From assembly GCA_035655515.1 (NCBI GenBank), contig DASRUI010000016.1:1-57314 (forward strand): a stretch of DNA of 57,314 nucleotides. The letters are read 5' to 3'. The notes below the pieces were generated by a model that ran no database searches, was not told the DNA's origin, and saw nothing but the letters and a program-made list of their open reading frames with translations. Each line of letters starts with the position of its first letter. Within the stretch, counting starts at the first letter, position 1. Position numbers and translations under genes: made by a program. Below, piece by piece: positions 17,653 to 27,428 of the stretch. This DNA is from Thermodesulfobacteriota bacterium (GTDB taxonomy: Bacteria; Desulfobacterota; GWC2-55-46; DRQE01).

Positions 17653-19086
17653 CTACTCGACCCACTCGCCGTGTATTGCCCCGTAATCCACCTGCGCGTG
17701 GTCTTCGAACCTCGCGAGGTGGCGCAGGAAAGTCACCTTAACTTCGCCCGTCGGGCCGTTACGCTGTTTGGAGACCATTATCTCGGCGCTGCCCCGCACG
17801 CCGCACGTGCACGAATCCTTCGGACAATCGCAGTCCTTGTAAACGCTCTCCCTGTAAACGAACATCACGACGTCCGCGTCCTGCTCTATGGCGCCGGACT
17901 CGCGAAGGTCCGAGAGCTGGGGCTTGCTCTTCTCTCTTTGTTCCGCCCTCCTCGCGAGCTGCGAGAGGGCCACGACCGGGATGTCGAGTTCCTTGGCGAG
18001 GGCCTTAAGAGACCTCGATATGTCCGATATCTCCTGCTCCCTGCTTTCCGCCCTCGCGCGTCCGCGCATAAGCTGAAGGTAATCCACGATTATGAGCTTA
18101 AGACCGAGTTCGTTCTTCCATCTTCTGGCCTTGGCGCGAAGCTCAAGCACGGTCTGCGCCGGGGTGTCGTCTATGTATATGGGCGCCTCGAAAAGCGTTC
18201 CCACCTCTATCGAAAGCCTCGACCAGTCCTCGTCCGTAAGGCGTCCTGTGCGGATTTTTTGCAAATCAACCCTCGCCCTCGACGCGAGCATCCTCTGCGT
18301 CAACTGCTCTTTGCTCATCTCCAGCGAAAACACCGCCACCGGCACCCCGCATTCTATCGCGGCGTGTTCCGCGATATTAAGAGCGAAGGCGGTCTTTCCC
18401 ATGCTCGGGCGTCCCGCCACTATCACCAGATCCGAGCGCTGCAACCCCGACGTTACCCTGTCCAGGTCCTTAAATCCCGTCGGCACTCCGGTTACGTGCC
18501 CCTTGTTCTCGGCTATCTTTTCAATGGTATTCAGCGCGGCCTTCACGAGGTCTTTCATGGGATAGTAGGACCTCTTGGCCCTCTCCTGCGCGACCTGAAA
18601 TATTATGCGCTCCGCGTCGTCAATGAAGTTCTCCACCGATTCCTCGGACTCGTAGGCGCGCCCGGCGATTTCAGTCGAGGCGCTTATGAGTTTCCTGAGG
18701 AGCGCCTTTTCCCTCACTATCCTCGCGTAATAGGTTATGTTGGCGGCGGTCGGAGTGGAGTCGGCTATCACGCCGAGGTAAGACACCCCTCCGACGGATT
18801 CCAAGAACTCCGCGTCCCTGAAGAGGTCGGTTAAAGTAATCATGTCTATGGGAACGCTCTTTTCGAAAAGCGCGACCATACCCTTAAAAACCCTGCCGTG
18901 GACGTCGCTGTAAAAATCGCTCCCGTCCGGGGAAAGCGTCTCAAGCGCCCTGTTGACGGCCTCTTTATCAAGGAGTATGCCGCCCAAAACCGCCTGTTCG
19001 GCGTCAAGATTATGAGGAGGGATCCTGTGCAACGGAACGCCCGAGGTTCCTGAATTTATGCCGGTTTTCCGGACTCTCTGCGTCAT
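17653..19086 (-). CDS. dnaB: Replicative DNA helicase
   Basis: PPHNLDAEQAVLGGILLD, GRPSMGKTAFALN, IVDYLQLM, SQLARRAEQR, SDLRESGAIEQDADVV. No intein. Confidence 0.95.
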   Translation of the reverse strand: MTQRVRKTGINSGTSGVPLHRIPPHNLDAEQAVLGGILLDKEAVNRALETLSPDGSDFYSDVHGRVFKGMVALFEKSVPIDMITLTDLFRDAEFLESVGGVSYLGVIADSTPTAANITYYARIVREKALLRKLISASTEIAGRAYESEESVENFIDDAERIIFQVAQERAKRSYYPMKDLVKAALNTIEKIAENKGHVTGVPTGFKDLDRVTSGLQRSDLVIVAGRPSMGKTAFALNIAEHAAIECGVPVAVFSLEMSKEQLTQRMLASRARVDLQKIRTGRLTDEDWSRLSIEVGTLFEAPIYIDDTPAQTVLELRAKARRWKNELGLKLIIVDYLQLMRGRARAESREQEISDISRSLKALAKELDIPVVALSQLARRAEQREKSKPQLSDLRESGAIEQDADVVMFVYRESVYKDCDCPKDSCTCGVRGSAEIMVSKQRNGPTGEVKVTFLRHLARFEDHAQVDYGAIHGEWVE

Positions 19087-19230
19087 AGGAAGGGGTTGGA
19101 AGATTTAATGTTACGGGAGGGAAAAAATCCCCTCCCGTTTTAGCTGAGCCCTTGACCCGTAATGCCTTAACTTGCGTCGCGGTATGCCTATTGCCGAGGC
19201 CTATTGATTCATTATGCCGTCCGCAAGGAC

Positions 19231-19683
19231 TTATTCTTTTACTACCGTTACCTTTATCTCAACCCTGACTTCGGGATGGAGTTTGACTCCGATTGAAAAC
19301 TCTCCGACGTGCCTCAAAGACTCCCTCATGTGAATGTTTTTCTTTTCTATCTTGAAACCCTTTTCCTTAAGCGCCTTTTCTATGTCCATGGCGGTAACAG
19401 AGCCGAAGAGTTTTTCCGCGCCTTCCTCTTCGCCGGCCTTTCTCTTGAACTCGAGCGTAACGCCCTGCAAAGAGGCGGCCACCTTCTCGGCGTCCTCCTT
19501 GAACTTGGTAACCTTCTTTTGCCACGCCTCGCGTTCGGCGCCGAGTTGAGCTATGTTGCCCTCGGTCGCCAAAAGAGCCAACCCTCTTGGCATAAGATAG
19601 TTCCTCGCGTAACCGTCGGCGACCTGCACCACGGCCCCGAAGGTTCCGAGGTTTTCGACATCGTCTCTCAATATGACCTTCAT
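19231..19683 (-). CDS. rplI: 50S ribosomal protein L9
   Basis: MKVILRDDVENLGTFGAVVQVADGYARNYLMPRGLA. Confidence 0.95.
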   Translation of the reverse strand: MKVILRDDVENLGTFGAVVQVADGYARNYLMPRGLALLATEGNIAQLGAEREAWQKKVTKFKEDAEKVAASLQGVTLEFKRKAGEEEGAEKLFGSVTAMDIEKALKEKGFKIEKKNIHMRESLRHVGEFSIGVKLHPEVRVEIKVTVVKE

Positions 19684-19765
19684 CCGAAAACTCCTTTTCG
19701 ATTAGGCTCTGCCCGGTAATCAAGGACAGTAAAGTACCGTTCGCAGCGTTTCCCGGTTTTTTTAC

Positions 19766-19820
19766 GTAGGGCAACCCTTCAGGGTTGCATCAATTAAGCA
19801 GGGCTGAAGCCCTGCCCTAC
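19766..19820. repeat. GTAGGGCA...TGCCCTAC nested-hairpin element, copy 2 (opposite orientation to copy 1)
   Basis: gtagggcaacccttcagggttgc...gcagggctgaagccctgccctac, in the rplI-rpsR gap. Confidence 0.7.
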
Positions 19821-19875
19821 ACGTTCCATATCTTGTCGAACTGCCCTATGACGGACGGCAAAACTAACCCGCCTC

Positions 19876-20241
19876 TTATTCCTCGAACCTCGAAGACGCG
19901 AACGGCAGGAGCGCGAGGTTTCTCGCGCGCTTCAGGGCTATCGCAATCTCCCTCTGGTGCCTGGCGCAAGCGCCGCTGATGCGTCTCGGGGTTATCTTGC
20001 CTCTCTCGCTTATGAACTGCCTCAAAACTCTGGCATCCTTATAGTCTATGAAAAGTTCCTTGTTCTTGCAGTAGGCGCAAACCTTCTTCCTGCCGAAAGG
20101 ACGCCTCGACGCGTCTCCGCCCGGCCTCCCCGGTCTTTCGCCCGGCCTCGCCCCGCCGTATCCCGGCCTTCCGCCCGGTCTCGGCGCCGGTCTCGTCATC
20201 GGTCTCGTTGCCGGTCTTTCACTGCGAATTTCGTCAGCCAT
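19876..20241 (-). CDS. rpsR: 30S ribosomal protein S18 with a ~50-aa Pro/Arg/Gly-rich N-terminal extension
   Basis: Core [59 protein letters not shown]. Confidence 0.93.
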   Translation of the reverse strand: MADEIRSERPATRPMTRPAPRPGGRPGYGGARPGERPGRPGGDASRRPFGRKKVCAYCKNKELFIDYKDARVLRQFISERGKITPRRISGACARHQREIAIALKRARNLALLPFASSRFEE

Positions 20242-20617
20242 TTGCGCCTCCTTCTACCTGAGGAGCCTTGGCTTCTTCAACCTTTGCCGGAGGAGCCTTG
20301 ACTTCTTCAACCTTCTTCTGCGGCCTCTTCTCGACCCTCACGGTCTGATAGCGGATAATGCCCTCGTGGTATCTGAGGGCGAGTTCCACTTCCTTCTCGA
20401 TGTCAGGCGGCATGTCGTAAGAAAAAAGCACGTAATGGCCGCTCGTCTTCTTGGCTATGGGGTAGGTCATCCTCTTCCTGCCCCAATCGGTCACCACGAG
20501 AGCGGTGCCCTTCTGCTTCTCGATTACCCCGCTTATTTTTTTGACGATTTCCTTGGCCGCCTCTTCACCAACGTCGGGGTTGATGATGCAGACGGTTTCG
20601 TAATGACGTTCCTGCAT
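20234..20617 (-). CDS. rpsF: 30S ribosomal protein S6
   Basis: [15 protein letters not shown]...[10 protein letters not shown]. The C-terminal tail carries a repeated KVEE(V/A)KAP unit. Confidence 0.93.
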   Translation of the reverse strand: MQERHYETVCIINPDVGEEAAKEIVKKISGVIEKQKGTALVVTDWGRKRMTYPIAKKTSGHYVLFSYDMPPDIEKEVELALRYHEGIIRYQTVRVEKRPQKKVEEVKAPPAKVEEAKAPQVEGGANG

Positions 20618-20724
20618 TGAATTGCCTCCTTATGGATCCCCGCGACTTTTCCGTCCGGGTTCGCTCCCTAATCCGGGAACAAGGGATTTGAGTCCTCTAA
20701 AGCGAGGACTTTTGTGAAATATAT

Positions 20725-20753
20725 TTTATATCAGACCTCGCGAATAAAATCAA
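20725..20753 (-). promoter_or_regulatory. Sigma-70-type promoter candidate for rpsF-rpsR-rplI
   Basis: On the minus strand: TTGATT, 17 nt, TATAAA. It is followed by a leader hairpin AGTCCTCgctttaGAGGACT and an AAGGAGG RBS. Confidence 0.4.
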
Positions 20754-20759
20754 GAACAA

Positions 20760-21848
20760 TCAGACATTGAACCTGAAATGCATTATATCCCCGTCTTTTA
20801 CCGCGTATTCCTTGCCCTCGACCCTGAGTAACCCCTTATCCTTGCAAGCCGCTTCGCTCCCGCAAGCGACAAAGTCGTTATAGGCCATGACCTCGGCCTT
20901 TATGAAACCCTTCTCGAAGTCGCTGTGTATCACGCCCGCCGCCTGAGGAGCCTTGCTTCCGTTCTTTATGGTCCATGCCCTGACCTCTTTTTTCCCGACC
21001 GTGAAAAAAGTTATAAGCCCCAACAACTCGTAGGCCTTCATCGTGAGCCTGTCGAGGCCGGATTCATGAAGTCCGAGGCCCGTCAGGAACTCGGCCCTCT
21101 CCTTATCGTGAAGCTCCGAGATTTCAACCTCAATCTTGCCGCAGATGACGACAAACCCGGCGCCTTCCTTGTCCGCCGCGGCCTTTACGGCCTTCGCGTA
21201 TTCGGACCGGCCGTCAAGGTCGTCCTCGCCAACGTTCGCGACGTAGAGCATGGGCTTCGCCGTAATAAGGTGCAAGTCCGCCACCGCCTCCCTCACCTCT
21301 TGAGGAAGAAGCCTCGCGGGAACGCCTTTTTCCAAAGATTCTTTGACAATAGACGCCGCCTCGAACATTGCCTTGGACGCCTTATCCCCGGATTTGGCCG
21401 TCTTCTCGGCCTTCGAGAGCCTCTTCTCGACCGAATCCAAATCAGCCAGCATAAGCTCGGTATTTATGACCTCTATGTCAGAGAGGGGCTCGACCTTGCC
21501 GCTTACGTGGACAATACCCTCGTCCTCGAAACACCTGACTATGTGGGCGATTGTGTCAACGCTTCTTATGTGCCCCAGAAACTGGTTCCCAAGCCCCTCG
21601 CCGGAACTCGCGCCCTTCACGAGCCCTGCTATGTCCACGAACTCCACCGAGGTCGGCAAAACCCTCTCGGGCTTGGCTATGCCCGCCAATACGTTAAGCC
21701 TCTCGTCACGAACAGGCACTATGCCGATATTGGGATTAATTGTGCAGAAAGGATAATTCGACGCCTCTGCTCCGGCCTGAGTCATGGCGTTAAAGATCGT
21801 TGACTTGCCAACGTTCGGAAGCCCCACTATGCCGCAATTGAATCCCAT
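20760..21848 (-). CDS. ychF: Ribosome-binding ATPase YchF
   Basis: MGFNCGIVGLPNVGKSTIFNAMT...DIAGLVKGAS...C-terminal TGS-like domain. Confidence 0.95.
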   Translation of the reverse strand: MGFNCGIVGLPNVGKSTIFNAMTQAGAEASNYPFCTINPNIGIVPVRDERLNVLAGIAKPERVLPTSVEFVDIAGLVKGASSGEGLGNQFLGHIRSVDTIAHIVRCFEDEGIVHVSGKVEPLSDIEVINTELMLADLDSVEKRLSKAEKTAKSGDKASKAMFEAASIVKESLEKGVPARLLPQEVREAVADLHLITAKPMLYVANVGEDDLDGRSEYAKAVKAAADKEGAGFVVICGKIEVEISELHDKERAEFLTGLGLHESGLDRLTMKAYELLGLITFFTVGKKEVRAWTIKNGSKAPQAAGVIHSDFEKGFIKAEVMAYNDFVACGSEAACKDKGLLRVEGKEYAVKDGDIMHFRFNV

Positions 21849-21873
21849 TTAATTGCCCTTTCGACCTGAAAAT

Positions 21874-21901
21874 TAAAAAAGGGCCGGCTTTGCCGGCCCC
21901 T
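21874..21901 (-). terminator. Rho-independent terminator after hppA
   Basis: The minus strand reads GGGGCCGGCaaaGCCGGCCC followed by TTTTTT. Confidence 0.7.
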
Positions 21902-21926
21902 CGGATAAAACAATGCCGCAGAGCAA

Positions 21927-23948
21927 TCAAACAAGCAGAGGCGCGATTATTAAAGCCACTATGCTCATGAGTTTTATGAGTATGTTCATTGCAGGGCCCG
22001 TGGTGTCCTTGAACGGGTCTCCTACCGTGTCTCCGACGACAGCGGCCTTATGGGCGTCCGAGCCTTTACCGCCGCCTTCGCCTTTTTCTATGGCCTTCTT
22101 GGCGTTATCCCAAGCCCCGCCGGCATTAGCCATGAAGAGCGCCAAGAGCACCCCTGTTACGGTCGCGCCGGCTAACATGCCTCCCAAGGCGGCCGGGCCG
22201 AAGGCGAAGCCTATTATGACGGGACTTACCACAGCTACGACTCCCGGAAGTATCATCTCCCGAAGCGCGGCCGTCGTGCTTATGTCAATGCACTTGGCGA
22301 CGTCCGGCTTGACGCCCTTTTTACCTTCGAGAAGGCCGGGAATTTCCCTGAACTGGCGCCTTATCTCGTTAACCATCTTATGCGCCGCCTTGCCGACGCT
22401 CGTCATGGTAAGGGCGCCGATAAAGAAAGGCAATATGCCGCCTATGAAAAGACCTACTACCACGTACGGATCCGTAAGGAGCATGATGAAAGGCTCGCCG
22501 AGATTAACTTCTATGGCCTGTCCGAAAGCGGCAAAAAGAGCCAAGGCGGTCAACGCGGCCGAGCCTATGGCAAAACCCTTGCCAATGGCGGCCGTGGTGT
22601 TGCCGAGGGCGTCGAGAGAGTCGGTTATCGAACGGACGTCTTTGCCGAGTCCGCTCATCTCGGATATGCCTCCGGCGTTATCGGCTATCGGGCCGTAAGC
22701 GTCAACGCTCATTATTATGCCTGTGGTGGCCAACATACCCACGGCGGCAATGCCTATGCCGTAGATACCTGCGAAGTGGTTTGATACGAGTATGGCCGCG
22801 GCTATGGCAAGCACCGGCAGGGCGCAGGATTCAAGCCCTACCGCTAATCCTGTTATTATGTTCGTCGCGGGGCCTGTCTGGCTCGCCTCGGTTATTCTCT
22901 TTATCGGGCTTGCCGAGGTGTAGTGCTCGGTTATGAGCCCTATGGCTATTCCCGCGACACAGCCCGCGAAGACCGCCCAGTAGATGCCGTCGTTCACGTC
23001 TATGATATCAACCACGAAATATCCGCCTATGAGAAAAAGGCCCGCCGCTATGAATGTGGCGTAGCGCAAGGCCGCGGCCGGGCTTCTGGATTCGAGAAAC
23101 TGCATGGCCCCGATGCCCAATACGCTCGCCACAAGCCCGGCCATGGTAAGCACGATGGGAAGAGCCATAAGGGCGGATGATGTTCCGAGGTTGGCCACTT
23201 CGCTTCCCGCAAGGGCGGTGGCGCCTATGGCTATGGTGGCGACTATCGCGCCTACGTAGGATTCGAATATATCAGCTCCGAGGCCTGCCACGTCTCCGAC
23301 GTTGTCTCCGACGTTATCGGCTATGACGCCGGGGTTACGCGGGTCGTCTTCGGGTATTCCCGCCTCGATTTTGCCGGCGAGATCGCTTCCCACGTCCGCC
23401 GCCTTGGTAAATATGCCGCCTCCGACCCTCGCGAAAAGGGCTATGCTCGACGCTCCCATTGCGTAACCGCTAATTATCGCCGCCTCGGACGGATCTCCGA
23501 AAATTATAAAAAGGACTCCGACGCCCAAAAGTCCCAAACTCGCGACCGAAAGACCCATTACGCTTCCGCCCAAAAACGCGGTCGAAAGGGCCTTGGCCGC
23601 GTTAGGCTTAAAGAGGTTCGCGGCCTGAGCCGTCCTTACGTTCGCCTTTGTGGCGCCCTTCATGCCGAAAAACCCGGCTAACATGGAAGACACCGCGCCG
23701 CCTATGTACGCGATAGCGGTGTATTTGTCTATGAATATCGCAAGAAGCGCAACGGCTATTATTATGAAAACTACGAGTATCGTATATTGCCTCTTGAGAT
23801 ACACCATCGCGCCGTCGTGTATGAGGGCGGCTATATCGCGCATCTTCTCGTTGCCGTCCGGTCTTTTTTTGATGGAAAGATAAATAAAGAGAGCGAGAAC
23901 CAAGCCGCCTATTGCGAGAAGCGGAGAGAATTTAACCAAACCTTCCAT
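21927..23948 (-). CDS. hppA: Membrane-integral pyrophosphatase (ion-translocating PPase)
   Basis: [47 protein letters not shown] and [18 protein letters not shown] motifs. 673 aa, polytopic. Confidence 0.95.
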   Translation of the reverse strand: MEGLVKFSPLLAIGGLVLALFIYLSIKKRPDGNEKMRDIAALIHDGAMVYLKRQYTILVVFIIIAVALLAIFIDKYTAIAYIGGAVSSMLAGFFGMKGATKANVRTAQAANLFKPNAAKALSTAFLGGSVMGLSVASLGLLGVGVLFIIFGDPSEAAIISGYAMGASSIALFARVGGGIFTKAADVGSDLAGKIEAGIPEDDPRNPGVIADNVGDNVGDVAGLGADIFESYVGAIVATIAIGATALAGSEVANLGTSSALMALPIVLTMAGLVASVLGIGAMQFLESRSPAAALRYATFIAAGLFLIGGYFVVDIIDVNDGIYWAVFAGCVAGIAIGLITEHYTSASPIKRITEASQTGPATNIITGLAVGLESCALPVLAIAAAILVSNHFAGIYGIGIAAVGMLATTGIIMSVDAYGPIADNAGGISEMSGLGKDVRSITDSLDALGNTTAAIGKGFAIGSAALTALALFAAFGQAIEVNLGEPFIMLLTDPYVVVGLFIGGILPFFIGALTMTSVGKAAHKMVNEIRRQFREIPGLLEGKKGVKPDVAKCIDISTTAALREMILPGVVAVVSPVIIGFAFGPAALGGMLAGATVTGVLLALFMANAGGAWDNAKKAIEKGEGGGKGSDAHKAAVVGDTVGDPFKDTTGPAMNILIKLMSIVALIIAPLLV

Positions 23949-23979
23949 GTTTACTCCTTTCGTCCCTGTTTAATATTTT

Positions 23980-24546
23980 TTATTGCCGGGCGTTGTGCAG
24001 GTTCATCGCGAAGTCGGCTCCGTTTTTTATTATATCCGTAAGAGCCGCGGCGGCGCGTTTTAGTTCGTCCTCGAAAACTTCTTTTTCTTCCGGTCCGAAC
24101 GGAAGCAAAACGTAATCAGAGAGTTCCGTTCCCGAAGGAGGCCTGCCTATGCCGAGCCTGAGCCTTAAAAAATCAGGGGTCCCGAGACGCTCCATGATAG
24201 AGGCGACGCCCCTGTGTCCGCCGCTTCCGCCGCCTTTTCCTATCCTGAGCCTTCCGAGTTCCAGATCGCAGTCGTCATAAACGACTATAAGGGATGCCGG
24301 GCTTCCGCCGTAAAGGCGCAATAACCTTTCGGCCGCGCCGCCGGAAAGGTTCATGTACGTAAGGGGCTTGGCGAGCGCTACTTCCTCTTCCCCGACCCTG
24401 CAAACTCCGCACACGTAACCATCGCCCTGCCGGTCAATCTTAACGCCGGATTCGGAGGCCAATAAATCAATTGCCATGAACCCGGCGTTATGCCTTGTTT
24501 TCCCGTAAGACTGCCCGGGATTACCGAGGCCGAGGATAACAAACAA
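23980..24546 (-). CDS. pth: Peptidyl-tRNA hydrolase
   Basis: FVILGLGNPGQSYGKTRHNAGFMAID...YMNLSG. Confidence 0.95.
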   Translation of the reverse strand: MFVILGLGNPGQSYGKTRHNAGFMAIDLLASESGVKIDRQGDGYVCGVCRVGEEEVALAKPLTYMNLSGGAAERLLRLYGGSPASLIVVYDDCDLELGRLRIGKGGGSGGHRGVASIMERLGTPDFLRLRLGIGRPPSGTELSDYVLLPFGPEEKEVFEDELKRAAAALTDIIKNGADFAMNLHNARQ

Positions 24547-24561
24547 AGGCCTGCACCCGCC

Positions 24562-25248
24562 TTACTTCTTCTCTTTCTCTTTTTCTTTCTCTTTTTCCTT
24601 CGAGCCTTCCTCTTCGGGCTTTTCCTTCTCGGCAAAGCTTTCCTTAAGCTCGGCCTCTATCTGCTCGGCCGTCTTCACGACCTCTTCGGCCATGGGCGCG
24701 CTTACGAGGACGACCGTGTGCTTGGCGTCGTCCAGAATCTTCACGCCCTCCTTGGCCAATATGTCGCCGACGTGCAGCGAATGGCCGATGTCCAGATGCG
24801 TAACGTCAACCTCTATGGAATCGGGGATGGCGTGGGGCAAACACTCTATCCGGAGGCGCCTCGCCTCCTGATGCAGTATGCCTCCCCTTTCGATGCCTAT
24901 TGCCTTGCCAATGAGAACCACCGGAACCTCTACGGCAATCTTACGGTCTTTAAGGATGTTTATGAGGTCTATGTGAGAAAGCGTATCGCTCAAGGGATGC
25001 CTCGTAATGCTTTTAAAGAGCACCGTCATCGGCTTCTCGCCCTCCACCAGAAGGTTAACGAGCACGTTCGTTCCCGCGTGAGTGCCGAGCACCTTCTCGA
25101 CCTCTTTGGCCAAGAATTTGAGCTTAATGTTTTCCTTCACGCCCGGGCCGTAAAGCACGGCAGGCACGAACCCCTCTTTCCTCATCCTTCCGGAAGGCCC
25201 TTTGCCGGAACCCTCCCTCGCGTAGCCTTTCATCTCCACCTGTTCCAT
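24562..25248 (-). CDS. rplY: 50S ribosomal protein L25 / general stress protein Ctc form
   Basis: GKGPSGRMRKEGFVPAVLYG N-terminus and a two-domain length. The C-terminal tail is KE-repeat rich. ATG 25233 is an alternative start. Confidence 0.9.
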   Translation of the reverse strand: MEQVEMKGYAREGSGKGPSGRMRKEGFVPAVLYGPGVKENIKLKFLAKEVEKVLGTHAGTNVLVNLLVEGEKPMTVLFKSITRHPLSDTLSHIDLINILKDRKIAVEVPVVLIGKAIGIERGGILHQEARRLRIECLPHAIPDSIEVDVTHLDIGHSLHVGDILAKEGVKILDDAKHTVVLVSAPMAEEVVKTAEQIEAELKESFAEKEKPEEEGSKEKEKEKEKEKK

Positions 25249-25286
25249 TTGTTTCTTCCTCCCGCTTATTTATGTTCCGTTACAAT

Positions 25287-25424
25287 CTCCTCCCCTTAAC
25301 AAGGGGCTGGGCTCCCGTTGCCGCGAAGCGCAATGCAACGGGAAGTGGTGGGGTTTTAGAAGCAAACTAACCTCCCCGACCCATCCTTCGGATGGGTACC
25401 CCGCCTCCTTGGCAAGGAGGGGAG
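25287..25424. repeat. Composite of four short hairpin modules (mosaic repeat family)
   Basis: ccccttaacaagggg; cccgttgc..gcaacggg; cccatccttcggatgggtaccccgc (the same module as at 46158-46182); cctccttggcaaggagg. Confidence 0.6.
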
Positions 25425-25449
25425 AAAAGAATAATTTCCCTTCTATATT

Positions 25450-26388
25450 TTACCTGAAAAGGGAACTTACCGATTCCCCTAAATGTATCCTTCTTATGGC
25501 CTCGGCCATAAGCGGCCCTATGGAAAGATATTTTATCTTCGCCGACTTATTATCGTCCCGCCTCGGAATGCTGTTCGTCACGACCACTTCCGTTATGCAG
25601 GAGTTGTCTATTCTTTCTATAGCGCTTCCCGAAAGCACCGCGTGCGTGCAACAGGCATAGACCTTTGTGGCGCCTTGCTTCAAAAGCGCATCCGCGGCCT
25701 GCGTAAGGGTTCCGGCGGTGTCCACCATGTCGTCAAGAAGAAGCGCCGTCTTGCCGTCGACCTCTCCTATTATGTTCATCACCTCCGAGACGTTCGGCTT
25801 CCGGCGCCTCTTGTCTACTATCGCGAGCCCCGCCTGAAGCCTCTTCGCGAACGCCCTCGCCCTCTCCACCCCTCCGGCGTCCGGAGAAACCACCACTATT
25901 TCGTCCTTGAAATTATCTTCCGCGTATTTGGAAAGCACCGGAGTGGCGAAAAGATTATCGACCGGGATGTTGAAAAACCCCTGTATCTGCCCGGCGTGCA
26001 AATCCAAACACACGACCCTCGTGGCTCCGGCGACCGCGATAAGGTCGGCTATGAGCTTCGCCGATATGGGAGCCCTCGGCGCCACCTTCCTGTCCTGCCT
26101 CGCGTACCCGTAATAGGGTATGACGGCCGTTATGTTGCTCGCGGACGCCCTCTTTAAAGCGTCCAGCATTATGAGAAGCTCCATCAGGTTGTCGTTGCAC
26201 GGCATGGAGGTGGACTGCACCACGTAGATATCCATGCCCCTGACGCTCTCCTGAATGTCAACGCATATCTCGCCGTCGCTGAAGCTCTTGACCTCGCTCT
26301 GGCCGAGAGACACGCCGAGCGCGGCGCACATCTCGGAGGCCAAACCGGCGTTGGAATTGCCGCTGAATATCTTTATCTTATCCACCAC
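25450..26388 (-). CDS. prs: Ribose-phosphate pyrophosphokinase
   Basis: IKIFSGNSN...[10 protein letters not shown]...[16 protein letters not shown]...[10 protein letters not shown]. Confidence 0.95.
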   Translation of the reverse strand: MVDKIKIFSGNSNAGLASEMCAALGVSLGQSEVKSFSDGEICVDIQESVRGMDIYVVQSTSMPCNDNLMELLIMLDALKRASASNITAVIPYYGYARQDRKVAPRAPISAKLIADLIAVAGATRVVCLDLHAGQIQGFFNIPVDNLFATPVLSKYAEDNFKDEIVVVSPDAGGVERARAFAKRLQAGLAIVDKRRRKPNVSEVMNIIGEVDGKTALLLDDMVDTAGTLTQAADALLKQGATKVYACCTHAVLSGSAIERIDNSCITEVVVTNSIPRRDDNKSAKIKYLSIGPLMAEAIRRIHLGESVSSLFR

Positions 26389-26462
26389 GATATCAATCCT
26401 TTAAAGATTCAGAAGATAAAATTCCGGTTCATTGCCGGTCCGGCGCTTACGGCGCGCATGCA

Positions 26463-26537
26463 TGGTTGGGGCGGGAGGATTCGAACCTCCGGATGCGGGG
26501 ATCAAAACCCCGTGCCTTACCGCTTGGCGACGCCCCA
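26463..26537 (-). tRNA. tRNA-Gln (UUG)
   Basis: The reverse complement folds as a cloverleaf: acceptor TGGGGCG/CGCCCCA, anticodon stem CGGGG/CCCCG with loop TTTTGAT, T-arm GGAGGTTCGAATCCTCC, and an encoded CCA. The U1:A72 pair is typical of tRNA-Gln. Confidence 0.9.
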
Positions 26538-26556
26538 GCAAATCGGTTACCGGTAA

Positions 26557-27414
26557 TTACTTCCCTGCCGCCGAAAAAACCTCGCATCCGGCCGGGAGTT
26601 TTCCCTTTAGCCGCGTTATCGCCTCCGTTGCCTCGCGTTCCTCGAAGAACAAACCGAAAACCGTGGAGCCGCTCCCGCTCATGAGAGCGCCCTTGGCGCC
26701 GGCCTTTTTCAAAAGACTCTTCAGCACCGCTATGACCGGATACTCGCCCATGACCGCGCCTTCGAGGTCGTTTTCGAGGAGTCCGGCTATCTTTTCTTTG
26801 GACCCGGCCAAACCTTTTGAAACAATCAGGATATTATCTTTGGTTTTCTTTGTCAAGTCCAAATTGCCGTAGGCCCACGCGGTCGAGATATGCAAGCCGG
26901 GATTAACGAGGACGTAATAAAGGCGCGGCAGGGTTACCCTTTCCAATATCTCGCCCCTGCCGTAAACAAAGGCAGGCCCCCTTAATATGAAAAAAGGCAC
27001 GTCCGAGCCGAGCCCTGAGGCCATTGCCTTAAGCCGTTCCTCGTCAAGACCGGCGCGGAGAATTGCATTCAGCCCGGTCAAAACCCCTGCGGCGTCGGAA
27101 CTTCCTCCGCCGAGGCCTCCTCCCGAAGGTATTCTTTTCTTTAAAATAATCGAAACCGCTCTTTTTATTCCGGTCTCCTTTAAAAACAAGGCCGCGGCCT
27201 TCCACGCGAGGTTCTCCTCACCGGAGGGAATGGAATCGACGTCGCATTCAAGGGTTATCCCGTCTCCCTTCGAGACCGTAAGGATAACATCGTCAAAAAG
27301 CTCGACCGGCTGCATGAGGGAGCGTATCTCGTGATAGCCGTCGCCGCGCTTCTCCATGACCTTGAGAAAAAGGTTTACCTTGGCCGGACAGAGTATGTTG
27401 AGAGAGTCGCTCAT
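26557..27414 (-). CDS. ispE: 4-diphosphocytidyl-2-C-methyl-D-erythritol kinase
   Basis: CPAKVNLFLKV...RGDGYHEI...IPSGGGLGGGSSDAAGVL (GHMP kinase motif). Confidence 0.93.
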   Translation of the reverse strand: MSDSLNILCPAKVNLFLKVMEKRGDGYHEIRSLMQPVELFDDVILTVSKGDGITLECDVDSIPSGEENLAWKAAALFLKETGIKRAVSIILKKRIPSGGGLGGGSSDAAGVLTGLNAILRAGLDEERLKAMASGLGSDVPFFILRGPAFVYGRGEILERVTLPRLYYVLVNPGLHISTAWAYGNLDLTKKTKDNILIVSKGLAGSKEKIAGLLENDLEGAVMGEYPVIAVLKSLLKKAGAKGALMSGSGSTVFGLFFEEREATEAITRLKGKLPAGCEVFSAAGK

Positions 27415-27428
27415 GGAAAGAAAAGCCT

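Noticed and set aside
17671-18834. 387-aa plus-strand ORF.
   Set aside because: It is fully antisense to dnaB. It has the Arg/Leu/Pro/His-rich composition typical of the reverse frame of a GC-rich gene. The same reasoning applies to 20925-21803 (anti-ychF), 21913-22698 (anti-hppA), 11238-12218 (anti-htpX), 42862-43896 (anti-nuoD/E) and 36640-37290 (anti-nuoI).
19113-19138. Hairpin ACGGGAGGG-N8-CCCTCCCGT between rplI and dnaB, considered as a terminator.
   Set aside because: On the transcribed (minus) strand it is not followed by a T-run. It may be a processing or stability hairpin, but a terminator call is unsupported.
24562-24612. CT-rich low-complexity DNA (cttcttctctttctc...), considered as a microsatellite or regulatory tract.
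   Set aside because: It is in frame within rplY/ctc and simply encodes the (KE)n C-terminal tail.
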